Shown: one piece after another, positions 30,365-45,983 of the stretch | Numbering within the stretch: position 1 is the first letter of the stretch | Layout of the letters: the number at the start of each line of letters is the position of its first letter | Source: the human T2T-CHM13v2.0 reference genome, Homo sapiens | Reading direction: 5' to 3' (one strand) | Length of the DNA: 64,000 bases | NCBI RefSeq assembly: GCF_009914755.1 | Contig: NC_060930.1 | The notes under the pieces: model-generated | What the model was told of the DNA's origin: nothing | The model's database searches: none | Seen by the model: only the letters and a program-made list of their open reading frames with translations | Made by a program: the position numbers and the translations under genes

Positions 30365-33300
30365 ATTCAAGCCTTCTGCGAGGTGCATAATATGTCAACT
30401 CAGATATCTTTCTTATTCTGAAAAGATACAGAAACGGGGTTGGTGCTTATGTTCATGTTTACAAAATCAAGCATCTTCAGTCTTGTTTTAAGCAAAATCA
30501 TGAAATGGGTGAAATTTGTCTTTAGCATTCTATTACCTCTTTTTGGGGCTCATTTCTTGTCTCAATTTCATCTGTCAGGTTCTTCTTTACCTCTTCATTG
30601 GCAGAAACTCTAGGGACTTTTCCTTTAGGGTAGAGTAGAGGACCCTAAACAACAAATCTGAAAACACAGTGTCTCTAATTATGAAAAACAGGGCATCAGT
30701 AGACCAACTGGGGAGGTATGTGAGGATGGCATTGGCAGTAGGGCCTGCAAATTGCACTGAGTACACAGATGCCCATTCTTCCATCTTTAGAGGAAGAGGG
30801 GCCCCTTCCCTTTGCTGTCTGGTTCTCAAGAAGAGGGCTGATGCAGTTTCAGAAGGATCTGGAAATGCCTTTAGCACAAGCATCCAGGGTGGATGCTTTT
30901 GCCATCTTCCAAGTATTGCCTGTGGCCTTTCCCCCCGTTGTGCCTGTTCATTTTGCCATCCACATGGGACTTTGCAGCCTGTAGTTCTTCCAGTGAAACA
31001 ATGCAAAGCTTTGATGAGTATCCAGAAATCAACTGGGCTTCCCTAGGGAGCCAGCTGTCTTTCCTGAGGGGATTAGATGGAAATAAGTCATATTTCACTA
31101 GTGTCTGCTGGCTCCCAAGGATGGTTTTAAACTGATTTCTGAAATTCATTCCCCTGTTCTTCATCCTAAGACCACACGGCAATAGATGTTCCACCAGCCT
31201 ATCTGAGAACCCCGGTTGCTGGTGTGATAACTGATAAAGTTCAAACAGAATGCACAGACTTGACTTTGTCAAAATTATCCCTTTCCTCTCTGCACACACA
31301 TGCTCACAGGCAGATAGATGCACATGTTCACCCACAAAGGTTGCCCAGGCTTTCTGAGCCCTGCACACATGTGATGGACAAACTCAGCAAAACCCCTCGA
31401 TTATTTGTCGTTACTGAAAACCCCTACGTTTGGCTTTTTCTTTCACAGTGTTTTGAACTGCCTGAGTGAGCCAAATTCTCCCTTTGAAGTTACCAGACTC
31501 AGCAGGTTCGGTAAAATTGCTCCTAAATAGGATGCTGTCTGGTTGAAGGGACTCATGGAACTTTCCAGAAGGAAGAAGCAAGAGGATCGGAAGTTGGAAT
31601 GAAAGTCCTTTGACATGTCGACCGATAAGGTTAAAAACGAATGTAGATTAGAGTCTGCTAATTATGCCCAGAGTTCCAGGAAGCTGAAAGAAGTACACAG
31701 TCAAATTCTCAGAAAGGTTTTGTCTACATAAGCAAAATGGAAGGGAGAGTTGAAGCAGATATCTCAATATTGGGCCATTCTCCACCCCAACCTCAACTTC
31801 TATTGTTCCCATGAAACACCATTTGGAGGAAGAGACTAATTAATGAAATTGGCCATCTTTGCTCATCAGACCTGCCAGAAAATTGCTCTATTAGCAACAG
31901 GCTAAATGTTGTTACTAGAGAAAGTAAAAAGGCTAATGATCATGCTCATCTTGGGATAACTACAAAAATATTGTTAATGCCACCTCTGAGCTACAATTTT
32001 AACTGCAGAAGTCAGACCATCTGAATTACTGTTTCCACAGCAACTACAATTCAGTCGGCTCTGCAAGGCTTGTCATAGATGAGGACGTTACCTCTATATT
32101 ATCGTTGCTGGGGAAAAGTGCACTTATTTTATTTATAGCCAAGCTGTGCAAAGTTGTATTTTGTAGTCTTTTATTTGGAAATGTGGTCATTAGAGACCGA
32201 CAAAAGTCCTTCTGAATCACTGAAATATATGTTTTGATACAAGGAAAAATACTGCATAGCTCAGAGCTTCCCATTCATAATGTCATAATGGCCTCCAGGG
32301 CAGTGAGATTTGAAAGCCCTCTATTCTTCCCTAATGAATATTCAAAATTTGAGATCTTGAGCAGTATATCCCAGCAATCAGGCTACCAGGATAAAGAGAA
32401 AGAAGATGGTGTACTCCAAAATGGCTTTGAGAAAAACATACACTAATTTAAACAGTCAAGAGACTTATATCTGTTGTGTTAATGATGATTGAATTTGTGA
32501 TTTTAAATGTAAATAGTCTACAAATCTTGGTTTGATTTCAAGCATTTTCTTCTCAGTGGGAAAAAATACCCTTGGATGAGAAGTGACAAGGAATGTTAGA
32601 AACAAGAATAAGGTGTTCGTTCATTTCATTTATGTTTTGGAACATTTGTCAGATGCCAAAACGTTAATACGAAGTGGTTTGACAAAAACTAGTCATTTTC
32701 CAGTTAACACATGTACCTTACAGAAAATTATCTGATATTGACACGGGGATGAAATTAACCTAATCCTCCTGTTATTTTGTTGTTTTGGTATCTGTTTTTG
32801 AAAATGTATTAAGCTAGTTCTTGCCTATTTACTAGAGAAGTCAGTCACATCCAAGATTGCAGAGAGATAGAAACTGCCCATAAACAGATGTGGAGCTAAA
32901 AAGAAGGAGATTAAAAATGAAATTATGTATAGAAGAATATAAACTCATGACCAAATAAAACCGAATCACAGAATTTTTCCCTCCCCACAAAGGAGCAAAA
33001 AAAAAAAAAAAAGAAAGAATTAAAGAAAAACACCTCACTAGTAGTAAGCAAACAAAAAACCCATAACCTAAAGCAATACATTTTAGTAACTGGTGGCTGA
33101 GTGGCTTTTGATTTCTAACCCTGTCCCCAAAACGCCTTAAAGACATTCCTTAGGGGAAACGAAATCAGGAAAGGAGAATATGAAGCAAGAAAAAAACACC
33201 ATGGACTGCTTCTGTTTATAGATGTAAAGCCCTCATGTCTAGGTTTTGAATCAGAGAAATGATCTAAAGTCGGAAGGGACCACTCCATCCGAATGGCATG

Positions 33301-33449
33301 TGTTCCAAGAATGGGGAGTGAATCCTGGTTTGGGGCATTTAGCAAATTCCCAGAAGAATGAGCAGCACTTGAAGACACAAATAAAGACTGGACATCACCT
33401 CAGCCAAATTCTTCCTCTCCCTGTTCTAGCAGGCCTTAAAGAATAGAGA

Positions 33450-34950
33450 GCAGAAAGCATTTAGCCCCCAGATTCTGGCTTGAAAGGGCAAAGAAGCTGA
33501 TCTCCAATATGATGGCAAGGAATCACCCACATTTTATCAGAAAAATTAAAATATGTGCAAGATGGAAAGAGCCAATGTGGCAGCTACAAGTAATGTGTCA
33601 GAAAGGAGGCTAGCATGCAAAGTAGAAAGACAGGGGCTTACCCTTGAAGAAAATAGTATTTAAGGAACAGAAACAGGTTCCTCAATAAGAAGATAACTTG
33701 TACTCTTAGAATTTAACAAGATTATAAAAAGTATTTTTAAAATAGCCTAAAGACAAGGTGATAAAACAAGAATGAAATGAAAAAGGAAATTTAAAGTCTG
33801 ACAAATCAAGAATTAAATACATTAATGCAAAAAAGATATGTAAATTAGAAATGATAACATATATGAGACCTGTTGAAAATTTGTTTACTAACAATAGAAA
33901 AAGTATTCTTATAATCACAGAGAATGCAGATAACAAACAAGGAGATTAAAGACAGAGAGACTCTAAAAGATATTAAGACATTCAAATATTCTACACTATG
34001 AGGATAATAATTGGGTCCCTGAATAGAGACTCTAACAAAAGGAACAGAAGAGACACTGAAAGATGTGATAAAATTTCCCAGAAATGAAGAAAGGACTAAA
34101 CCTATTCCAGGAAATATACTATGGAATGTTCAAAACGCAAACATATCTTAGTGAAGCTATTAAACCTCAAGGATAAAGAAATAATTCTTGAGATATCAAA
34201 TCAGAATAAGTCAATTTCCTACAAGGGAGAAAAAAATCAAGCTAGTCTCAGATGTCACCATTGCCACATCTGGGGCCACGCTCTCTGAAAATGGAGAGAG
34301 AAAGTGACCCAAGGATATTATATCCCATCAAGATCTTGTTAAAATATAAAGACAACAGGGAGACGTGCTTCAACCTGAAAGAACTAAAAAACAACTGAGA
34401 GCTTGTTGAAGAAAATACACAATAATGAATGCCTGGCCAGTTAAAAAAAAATAAAATTAACTCAGAAACGGAGAAGTTATGATGAGAATCATTAGGTTTG
34501 CATAAATGCAGAACTAATACTTAACAACTGTGTACACTAATACTACAGATTGAATATTATTGCTATCAGTTTGGAGAAAATAAAAATAATAACTAAAAAC
34601 CATGGAAGATAGGGATCAGAGATGGAAAAAGTGTAAGTACTTATGTTCTCATCTTTCCCAGCAAGAAGTCAGTCAATACTATCTAGAATTATAACATGTC
34701 ATTTTAGAGTGCAAATACATAATTATCCCAGTCTCAACATTTTATAATCTTTTTTTTAACCTTAGAATGATCTTTTAGGACATAAAAACTATTATGGTGC
34801 AGAAACTTTTCTTTGAAGTTTAACAGTTCTTTTTCATTTACATCTCTACGATTCAATCATAACTAAAATGTATGCTTTTTAAGTCTCTCTGCATATATTC
34901 TTAAAAGGAGGTTACAATGATGTTCATTTAATGATTATTTCTAGGTTGTG
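33450..34950 (+). mobile_element. Ancient L1 ORF1-like / HAL1-like fragments
   Basis: A-rich, with aaaatttcccagaaatgaaga, aaggataaagaaataattctt and acccaaggatattatatccc resembling L1 ORF1 regions; no intact ORF. Confidence 0.5.
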
Positions 34951-34977
34951 AGGCATTATTTTAAAACTCTAATCTTT

Positions 34978-35644
<667 letters not shown>

Positions 35645-35821
35645 TGAAACTTTCTGCATTTAAAAAAAAACTATTCCAAGTCAGTATGCTTTATCTTACA
35701 AGAATAACTGCATGAATTTTCTTAAAAACTAGAAAAAAATGCCAAAATGGTTAATCCTGGGTGATCTGGATATTTTTTCTTGGTACACTTCTGTAATTTT
35801 TTTAATTTAAAAAATTAACAA

Positions 35822-36181
<360 letters not shown>

Positions 36182-36499
36182 TTAACAAATTAGTTGAATG
36201 AGTCAAGGGTGAAGGTAAGAGAATATGTGTTTGAGGCCATTCCTGCTTACACGTCTCCTTGTGGGGTGTTGAGTCCAGGTGGGGCCCCCTCTACCAGGGC
36301 CCAAATGGCACTGACATCTCTCCTGGGCCCATCTTAATGATTAGAAGCCACTGGCTTTCAGTGAGCATATCTAAATGGTGATGGCTTAAGGGACAATTCT
36401 CTTTCCTCTAGAAGGTGTAGAATAGAATGTGGGCACAGTGTGAAAGAGGGTAAGAGAGAGACAGGCTTTGAAAACAAGTGCACTTTGGGGCTCAAACAT

Positions 36500-37065
36500 T
36501 TTTTAACAGCTTTATTGAAATATAATTCACATGTCATAATATTCATCTTTTTGAAGTGTATGATTCAGTATATTCACCAAGTTTTGAAACCATCATCACT
36601 ATTTCCCGAACATTTTCACCACCCCCAAAAGAAACCCCATACCCATTAGCAGTTCACTCCCCATTCCTCCCTCCCAGCAGCCCCAGCACCCACTGCTCTG
36701 TAGTGGTTTCTGTCTCTATAGATTTGCTTCTCCTGGACATTTTATATAAATGGGATCATACAAATGTACTCTTTTGCGACTGACTTCATTCACTCAGCGT
36801 AATGTTTTCAAGGGTCACCTATGTCGTAGCAGGTGTCAGTACCTTGTCTCTTTTTCATGCTGAATAATATTCTGTGGTATGGATATATCACATTTTGTTT
36901 ATTGGTTCATGAGTTGATGGATATTCGGGTTGTTCCCATGTTTTGGTTATTATATGATGCTGTTACGAACATTCATTTACAAGTTTTTGTGTGAAGATAT
37001 ATTTTCATTTTTCTTGGGTATATACCTACGGGTGGAATTGCCAGATTATATGGTAACAATTTTTA
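36500..37065 (-). mobile_element. L1MB-type 3' end
   Basis: tttttaacagctttattgaaatataattcacat... ending about 40 nt before exon 4. Confidence 0.8.
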
Positions 37066-37107
37066 GGAGTCAAACATTGAAACTGCCATCTTCCTCTTTG
37101 TTCCCAG

Positions 37108-37185
37108 GCAGAAATGGTGCACAGTGCTTTCCAGGCCCAGCGGGCTTTCCTTCTGATGGCCTCTCAGTACCAACAACCCCACGAG
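37108..37185 (+). CDS. CAP2: CAP2 internal coding exon (probably exon 4; 78 nt, phase 0-0; about residues 75-100)
   Basis: Acceptor cttcctctttgttcccag|GCA and donor GAG|gtaaga. Translation AEMVHSAFQAQRAFLLMASQYQQPHE continues the previous exon in frame (ETH|AEM); it is the start of ORF 37114..37512. Confidence 0.96.
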
Positions 37186-38599
37186 GTAAGAGAGTGTCCT
37201 GAGAGGGAAGGTGTCCCAGGGTATGCGCAGTGTAAGATGGAAAACAAGGAGGCAACAGAAGCATTTATTATAGTCGACCTCCTAAAAATGAGACTTACAG
37301 CACGTGTATGTTCTGTCTCTAATCTGGATCATGGTATAGAACAATTCTTCTCTCTCCTAATCTCATTAATAGTAGACAAGTTTTTTTTTTTTAAGTATGC
37401 CATTTGCGAAAAAAAAAAGAAAGAAAAAAAGCAATGTGTCTTCTTACTACTAATATATCATTATGGCCAAATTCTTACTGTAACAAATGGACATTACCAG
37501 TTTAAAAGGTGAGTTGACTTGTGTGATCTTTATACTAGTCTCACAACCTTTTTATAATCAAGGAAATGTTTATAACTAATTTTTAGCTCAGATTTTGAGC
37601 TGCTTTGTTACCAAAGACTGTTCACATCTATGATCATCTCTAACCTCCATGTATGGATTTTATTAGCTCCTATTTCCTAAGTAGCGTAGATGGGCTAAAT
37701 TGGTGGTTAAGTGTTTTGTGTTTATGGGTCGTCTACGGAGCTTCATTGCAGTTTCTGGTTCATCAGGCCTGGATTGTGTCCCAAGATTCTGCTTTTTAAT
37801 AAGCTCCTGCGTGATGCCCATGCTGCTGATCCTCATTCTCAAAACACCAAAATTGGAAAGAGTTTTCATGACTCTATAAGAACTTAGGTATAGTCCATCT
37901 CGCCTTTCTCTTCCACCATAAATATGAATGAACTTTTCTTAGGTTAAAGATATTTAGAGGTGTTAGAGGATCTGATGCTAACTGCAACAATATTACCAAT
38001 GTAGTAATTTTAACAACTTTTAATCTATTGTAAAATTACCAAGTAAGGCCCATGGTAAATTTTAATACAGAAGGAATCAAATTGTGAGAACAGATGTTAA
38101 GAGCAAATTAATGGTTGGCGGAGGTCCGTCTCATTCCCCAGGCCCTGAAAATTTTCGATTCTCTAAACCAAAGCGTGATCACCACCTGCCCAAACTACTG
38201 ACATTGTATCATGCAAATAACTGCATTCCCTCTACCAAGGGTTCATAATAACAACTTTTGACAATGCTGATTGTGTCACGAATGAAATTATTCATTAAAA
38301 AGTAGTGGCACTACCAGCATACTTTGTTTTATCAGAAAAAAATAAAAATTGTTATTTTGGCTAAATATTCTGCATCCGAAGTTTAAGAACATTTATATAA
38401 ATAAAAAATAAATTGAGCATATGTTATGACACAATAGCTTAAATGTAATAACTCACTTTGAATTATGAAACAAACTCCTGAAATTGAAAATTTTGAGCTA
38501 AGAATCCTGGGAATCCAGAACTTTGACCTTCAGGGGATGACACTCAGCTCCATAAAGAGGCAAGACCAGAGACCTGAGACCCTCCCTGGAACGGACATT

Positions 38600-38760
38600 C
38601 CCAGCCATGCTTGTGCAGTAGAATCACCTGCAAAATTTTAAAAAATACCAGTACCTGGGTCCCAACCCAAGGGACTGTGACTTCATTGGTCTGAGGAGTG
38701 GCCTGTGCTTTGAGATTTCTATGGGCTTCACGGGTGATTCTGACTTTCAACCAGAGCTGT
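38600..38760. mobile_element. MER5-like fragment
   Basis: gaatcacctg...aaaaatacc...ggtgattctga. Confidence 0.55.
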
Positions 38761-39294
38761 CAGCCCCCACCCAAGATGGATATATCACCTCCCTCCACGT
38801 GAAAGGAGTTAGCTCACAGCCTAGGTAGGAGGCTCTGTAGAGATGAAAATATTCCGTGTTCCACCATGGATGCATTTTCCTCCTTGCTCTTCTCAATCTC
38901 TGCTTTGCAGAAGAGCAAAATGAAACTGGGAAATCACAAAACGATGTGTTGTAGATTCAGCCTTAGCCTGCCTTTTCTGTGAAGTGGGAGGAGAGGTGGT
39001 CCAATTGAGATTCTCAGGTAGAAGAAGAACTGTGACTTTCCTCACTGGGTTACCACTCCATCCCTTCCCTAAGCCTCAGAACAAGAGGCCTCTCCAATGG
39101 CTTTGCAGGCCTTAGACAAAAAAGCCACTCACTAAATATTGAATGAAAATGTAAGTGAATGAACAATGGATGAATGCATTGGGTCTGTGGCATTCCAGCA
39201 TGAGCCATAGTCAGGGACACTGTGTGGCCTAGCATGTGGCTGTGCAGATTCTTGGGTCATATCTACAGTTTCCCTTTCTTACTCTACTGCATTC

Positions 39295-39466
39295 TTTTTT
39301 TTCTTTTCTTTCTTTAAAGATGGGTTCTTGCTCTTGCTCTGTCACCAAGGCTAGAGTGCAGTGGTGCAATCCTAACTCATTGTAGTCTCAAATTCATGGC
39401 CTCAAGTGATCCTCCCACCTCAGCCTCCTGAGTTGTTATTACAGGCATGAACCGCTGTGCCTGGCT
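39295..39466 (-). mobile_element. Alu monomer (FAM/FRAM-like)
   Basis: Single about 170-nt monomer. Confidence 0.75.
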
Positions 39467-39713
39467 CTATTGAATTCTTGATAAAGGGGAGGGAAACTGG
39501 TTCCCAGGGAGGCATGCACTGGAAACGTCTGGCAGCACTTACCACAGTGCTCCATGTGCAATAAGGCCTGGACCAGGACCAGGAAAATGCAGAGCAGGCT
39601 TATGATGCCTACCTCCCTTCCTGGCCCTTCTCTCTACTTCCCTTTCCTCTTTATTCAGAACACCGTCCTACTACTTCCACCTGACAGAAAAGCAGACCTG
39701 AGTGATCACCACG

Positions 39714-40179
39714 TGTTGTTCAGAACCCCTGTCCACTCCAGTGGGGATGGTACAGGCTCAAGAGGCTGAAGAAGAGACCCAGAACCAGCAGAAAAGACCT
39801 GAAGTTTATTGGGGACTTGCATACAGGGGAGAGAGTCCAGTAGCAGAGGGCTGGACAGGAGAACTACAACCACTTGCGAAAGGCGTGTAATTTATATAGC
39901 ATTTTCATGTAACATCCTCCCTCTAACAACCTCCACCTGGTAACCTTCATTTAACCTAAAACAAAAGGCCTCCCTCCCCCATATGGCCAGTGTTCCACAG
40001 CGTTCCCTGGGAAGCCCCAGGGGCTCAAATGTTCCTCATAGAAGAGCAATGGATCTCCAGGTTGGCCACTCCCAGATTCCTTAGTTGCAGACTCTGAACA
40101 CACATTCAGGTGGATCTGCCGTACAAGATCACTCTCAGGGTATGCTCAAGTCATTGCTGTCAACTGCGTCTGTCATACA
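39714..40179 (-). mobile_element. ERVL solo LTR (LTR47-like)
   Basis: TG...CA ends; on the minus strand a TATA (gctatataaa) and an AATAAA in LTR order; resembles LTR47 as recalled. Confidence 0.65.
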
Positions 40180-40387
40180 CAATCGCCACAGTGGTGAAAA
40201 CAGTCTATGGCCAGACCTTGATCCACCCAGTATGCATTCTAGAAGATGCATCTTAAAGATCAGTATCATAATGCAGATCGTATTTTCTCATAGGAACAAT
40301 TATTATAACCATTTGTGTCTTACTGTCCTCCTTCTTTCAGGAGGAAGAGAATTAACTGCTGTAATTTCAGCTCTCAGTGACATACAA

Positions 40388-40575
40388 CAGTGATTCTCCA
40401 ACTTTAGCGTGCATGACAGTTCCCTGGAGGGTTGTCAGAACTCAGACTGCTGGGCCCCACTTACAGAGCTTCCAATTCAGTAGGTCTTGGTTGAGTCCCA
40501 AGACTCTGCGGTTCTAAAATGTTCCCAGGTGATGTGATACTCCTCGTCCAGAGACCACACTTTGGATCCTGTGCT
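40388..40575. mobile_element. MER5A-like
   Basis: cagtgattctccaacttt...ctgggcccca...ttcccaggtgatg...gaccacactttg. Confidence 0.65.
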
Positions 40576-40654
40576 GTATGGATGGCTCTCACTGTTACAA
40601 TTGAAGCTCAGATTTATTTCAGGTGCTTCAGAATTTCATTTCCAACGGTCTCTA

Positions 40655-40820
40655 GACCACTGCTTCTCAAACTTCAGTATTCATTTGAATCATCTGGAGA
40701 TCTTGTTAAAGTGCAGAGTCTGATTCAGTTGGTCTCAAGTGGGGTGCAAGAGTCTGTAGTTCTAACAGGCTCCCCGGCGATGCTGGTGCTGCTGATTTCT
40801 CACTACACATTGAGCAGCAA
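40655..40820. mobile_element. MER5-like
   Basis: cttctcaaactt...gaatcatctggagatcttgttaaa...ctgattcag. Confidence 0.65.
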
Positions 40821-40914
40821 GACTTTAGTCATTGCCATCCACAATCCCAACAAGCACAGAATCCCTTGGTAGTCAAATCTCGAATTCATATTCTCTTCTC
40901 CTACCATTTCTGTA

Positions 40915-41425
40915 GCAAAGTAGGCCGTGTTATGCTGCAGTAACAAACATCTCTAAAATCTTAGTGATGGACAACTGCAGAGGTTTATTTCTTGTGCGCA
41001 CTATATAGCTATCTGTTGCAAGTCAGCTTAGTATCTAGTAGATGAGTTACTAAATAATGACTCATATAATTATTTACTTAGTGTTGTAACAGGGCTCTGA
41101 GAGAAAAGAGTATAGAATTAATCTTTAATAGGAGTTTTGGGCATTGGGGAGGGAAGATCTTTCAGGGCTGGAGAACCTTCCAGGGAGTCCCTTGGATCCT
41201 GCTAATGAATGCAAGTGACCACTCTTGCTGCCACAGCATAAGGCAAAACTAAACCAACATGAGTGGTCGGTTGTGGCTCACGTCAGCCTTGTGAGACCCT
41301 GAGAGAGAACCTAGCTCTGCCTTGGCCCAGAATTCTGATCTACAGAAACTGTGAGATGATAAATGGATATTGTTTTAAGCCACTGAGTTTGTGGTAATTT
41401 GTAACACAGCAATAGAAAACTAATA
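40915..41425. mobile_element. MLT1 (MaLR LTR) fragments
   Basis: gctgcagtaacaaac...aggtttatttctt (antisense) and gtggtaatttgtaacacagcaatagaaaactaata (sense 3' end). Confidence 0.55.
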
Positions 41426-41469
41426 GGGATTCTCTCAATTCCCTTGTTGCTGAACTCTAAGGTAATGAA

Positions 41470-42240
<771 letters not shown>

Positions 42241-43502
42241 AATTTTTTTTTTTAATAAGACCACAGGCCATAGACCACAATGTGCCCTTCAGTTCCTCCA
42301 CCTTCACCCTTCCATCTATCCTGGCAGAAGCCGGATAAAGGATTCATTGACAGCCCTGATTGACAATGGTGACCCCCAATTTCAAATTTCCTTTCTCACT
42401 TTGGCAATGAGGAAACAGGTCTCTTGCATTCTCTAATACTAGGACATTTCAACATTTCAGCCTTGACCCACAGAAAAAAGGATATTTTACTTTACCACCC
42501 AGTTTCACAAAACAGTATTCTTACCATGTGCGCTGCATTCTGACATTTTTCTTCTAGTCTATGCTGTGCTGTGGTCATCACCCACTGAACTGATCTTAAG
42601 ATGCACTAGTGGTCACACCTTGCAGTTCAGAAGCACCTTTCTCATTGATTTATTACATGCTCATGACACAAAACACATTATAAAATATTTGCAAAGCATC
42701 TCAGCTTTTCTTGTCTCCCCTTGTTGTATTTTACATAAATAACCTTTGAGCAAAAGAATGGCCCAGTTCTTACAGCACTTCTTATAGTCTAGAATTTGTC
42801 AAGCCCATCCTCTTCCAGTTGATGGAAGGATTCTCACATGGAAAATGGCCAAGAAGCCCCCACCCTGGCTTGCTCAACTATTCATTTACTTTTACAGCAG
42901 GTGAGCATAGAGGAAGTATGTTATTTCTAGTTCTCAAACGTAAAAAACAATATTCAGTGATACATTAATAATCCAGCCCCAGGATGTAGACCTGGACCCA
43001 TTCCTTTATTCACTGTCCAGAGTCCTTTTTGCAGACCCTACATGTAAGAGCCACACTACACGTCATTTATAAGAGTTGTATGTCAAAATAAAATTGTAGA
43101 AAGTGTTGAGTTGACATGAACAAGTGTTTTTTGGCCTGAGGCCACCTCACCTCACCTCACCTGGGAGAGATGAGAAAACAAGAGTGTTAACAATTTTAAC
43201 CATGGGTGACTCCAAAACTCTCGCCCGAGCTGCAGAGGTAACCTTTTGTAAACCACGCATCTGATGCCTTGATGGGCACCACCCCAAGGAAGACTATCAT
43301 TCGGGGAATTCCTGGGAGGTCTCCCACTGATGTCCCACCAGTCTAACCCTGAGTAGTTTGCAGGAGCAGAAGAGAAGCACCCGGAGGGTGGAGAACTATA
43401 GCTGAGGGGCCATAAGTACAGCAGGCTTTCTGCTGCCTTCACACTTTCCCTATTTTCTCCAGCATTTCTCGTGCTGCTAAGACCTGACAGTGAAATGATC
43501 TC

Positions 43503-43559
43503 TGTGTGTGTGTGTGTCTGTGTGTGTCTGTGTGTGTGTGTGTGTCTGTGTGTGTGTGT
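43503..43559 (+). repeat. (TG)n interrupted by TC
   Basis: Seen directly. Confidence 0.95.
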
Positions 43560-44149
43560 ATTTGCATGGAATCAATATGTACCTGCACATAGAGAAAAAA
43601 TTAATCTTAAGTTTTTCAACTTCAGGGAAGATGATTTATGGTCATTGGCTGCCTGGTAGGTTTTATTCTATCTAGGAAGTCTGAGTTCTGTATTCCTCCA
43701 TAAGGGGGAGAGAGAGAGACAGAGAGCGCGTTTCTACTATCCTCCCTCTCGTTTTCTTGTCTTTATTTGAACTTGTACTTTAAAGGGAAATAGTGCCTTC
43801 CTGTGCATAAAGCAGGCATCTAAAACTGATTCTCTTTCCTTTCATTGTTTATACAATCTGAAAAATTAGATGGAGAAGGAAGGTTAGTGAACCTTCTTGG
43901 CCGTTCCTCCATCTCTGAGTGAATGCACATGCCCAGCACAGTCCTCCGCTCAGCACTTTCTCCATAAGGATTTTCTAAGGCATGGAGCAGTCATCAAATT
44001 TGTTAATAATTTGTTCACATTAAACTAAGCAAAAAAGCCTAGCGGCAGTGATCTTAGGACTTAAGCTAATTATTTAGATGCATGAGAGATCCAGATTATT
44101 AGTGGGCATAAATATGTTCAGGATTTTAATAAAACATATTAATTTGTGA

Positions 44150-44475
44150 GGGTTGTCAAGAGCAGAAACTTTGGACTTGGGCCTACTTGGATTTGAATTT
44201 CACATTTTCTACTCATTAGCTCTGCTAATCCAAATGCGAGAAAAACGAATTCATCTATGTCTTCTAAGTTTGAGAATCTTCTATCTTTTTCTCGGTATCT
44301 ACTGGAGAATTAACTTGGTAATCCACTGACCCACTCTAACCAAACCAACTTGTCAAGTTACCCACTTGGGGGAAGGCAGTTAAACTTTCTAAGCCCGTGT
44401 TTTCTTGTCTTTAAAATAGGGATAACAAATAATTCCTATCTCAAAGGGTTATTGTGAGGATTAAATGAGAAAAAG
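44150..44475 (+). mobile_element. MIR fragments
   Basis: tttcttgtctttaaaatagggataac...gggttattgtgaggattaaatgaga. Confidence 0.65.
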
Positions 44476-44509
44476 CAGGCGAGGGTCATGTGACTGACTA
44501 GAAAAGTTC

Positions 44510-44880
44510 ATTATTAGTCAGTGTTGTCTGACTGCTTTAGCAAAAAGTCCCCAAATCTCAAAGGCTTAACAGAAGAGATTTTTTTTCTTGTTCACATAAG
44601 GTCTGCTCCAGTGTTTTTGGTTGCCATTCTTCCACATGGTAGTTCAGGGTCCAGGCTTCTTCCATCTTGGGGCACCCAACTCCTCTAATTCCTCAGCCAT
44701 TGAATTGGAAAAGAGAATGCAGGAAGGTTTTATGGGCTGGGCTTGGAAATGGCCTATGTCACCTCACCTTCATTCAGTCTTCTGGTCATTCCTAGCTGCA
44801 AAGGAGACTGGGGAATTTAACCCACCTCTATGCCTGGAAGGAAGAAGTAACAGATTTGGTGAGCATTTGGCCAGTCCACC
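44510..44880 (-). mobile_element. MLT1J/K-like LTR
   Basis: ccccaaatctcaaaggcttaac, ccaggcttcttccatctt and ctagctgcaaaggagactggg. Confidence 0.6.
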
Positions 44881-45662
44881 AGAGTGAGTCACTTGGTTTG
44901 GCTAAAATGAGCTCTTTCTCTGTGGAAATGTATTGTCTTTCCAAAAACTCATAGGGATTTTCCAGACTAATACCCCATTTCTCTAGCTGTCCAGGGAAAG
45001 ACAAGAAAGACTTTGAAATCTAACAGCTGAATTTTTATTGCACTTGGGTATAAATAGATGTATCTATGTATGTATGCGATATTTCAAAATTTCTTTTAAC
45101 TACAGTGAGTTTATACTTTTTCCCTATAAAATGTTTTACCATAACGATAAGGTGTCAAGTTATTGTCCAGTATTTTAAAATGCCAAACAAAGTAATCATG
45201 TGACTGATCTCAGAGCATACCTTGGGTAAATTACTTGGTGCTAGTGGCAGGTCTAGAAATTGCAAAGGAAAAGCAAACGAAGGAACACAGAGCCAAACTC
45301 CCAAGTGTTTCTTAAGTCCATGCCCAGAAAATGTCATAGCATTGCTCAATCAGAATTGCTGAATCTTCCTGAAAGATTTGGCCATGATTAGTGCTGCTAA
45401 GTTCTGTTGTCAAGGGCCATATGACAGATAACATAATGCAATAAAGTAATTCTGGCCCTAATGTAAAATGAAATGTCTATTTTGAAATATTGCTATGAAG
45501 TTGGGTTTTTCTTAATACAAAGGCATGAAGAAAATATTCTGTTGAGTAACTACTGTTAATTATATGTGCACAGCAAGGATTTTTAATGGGTTTTTAAATA
45601 TCGGTTTCATTGATCTTGGAAGTAGAAAAAAGCTACAAGAGAAGTAAAAGGTAAAAAAGTTA

Positions 45663-45983
<321 letters not shown>

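Noticed and set aside
30878-30898. 9-bp-stem hairpin AAGCATCCA-GGG-TGGATGCTT
   Set aside because: Too short for a pre-miRNA, and expected occasionally by chance.
30587-31469. Cluster of 70-165-aa non-repeat ORFs on both strands
   Set aside because: No recognisable homology, splice structure or poly(A)/TSD signature of a processed pseudogene.
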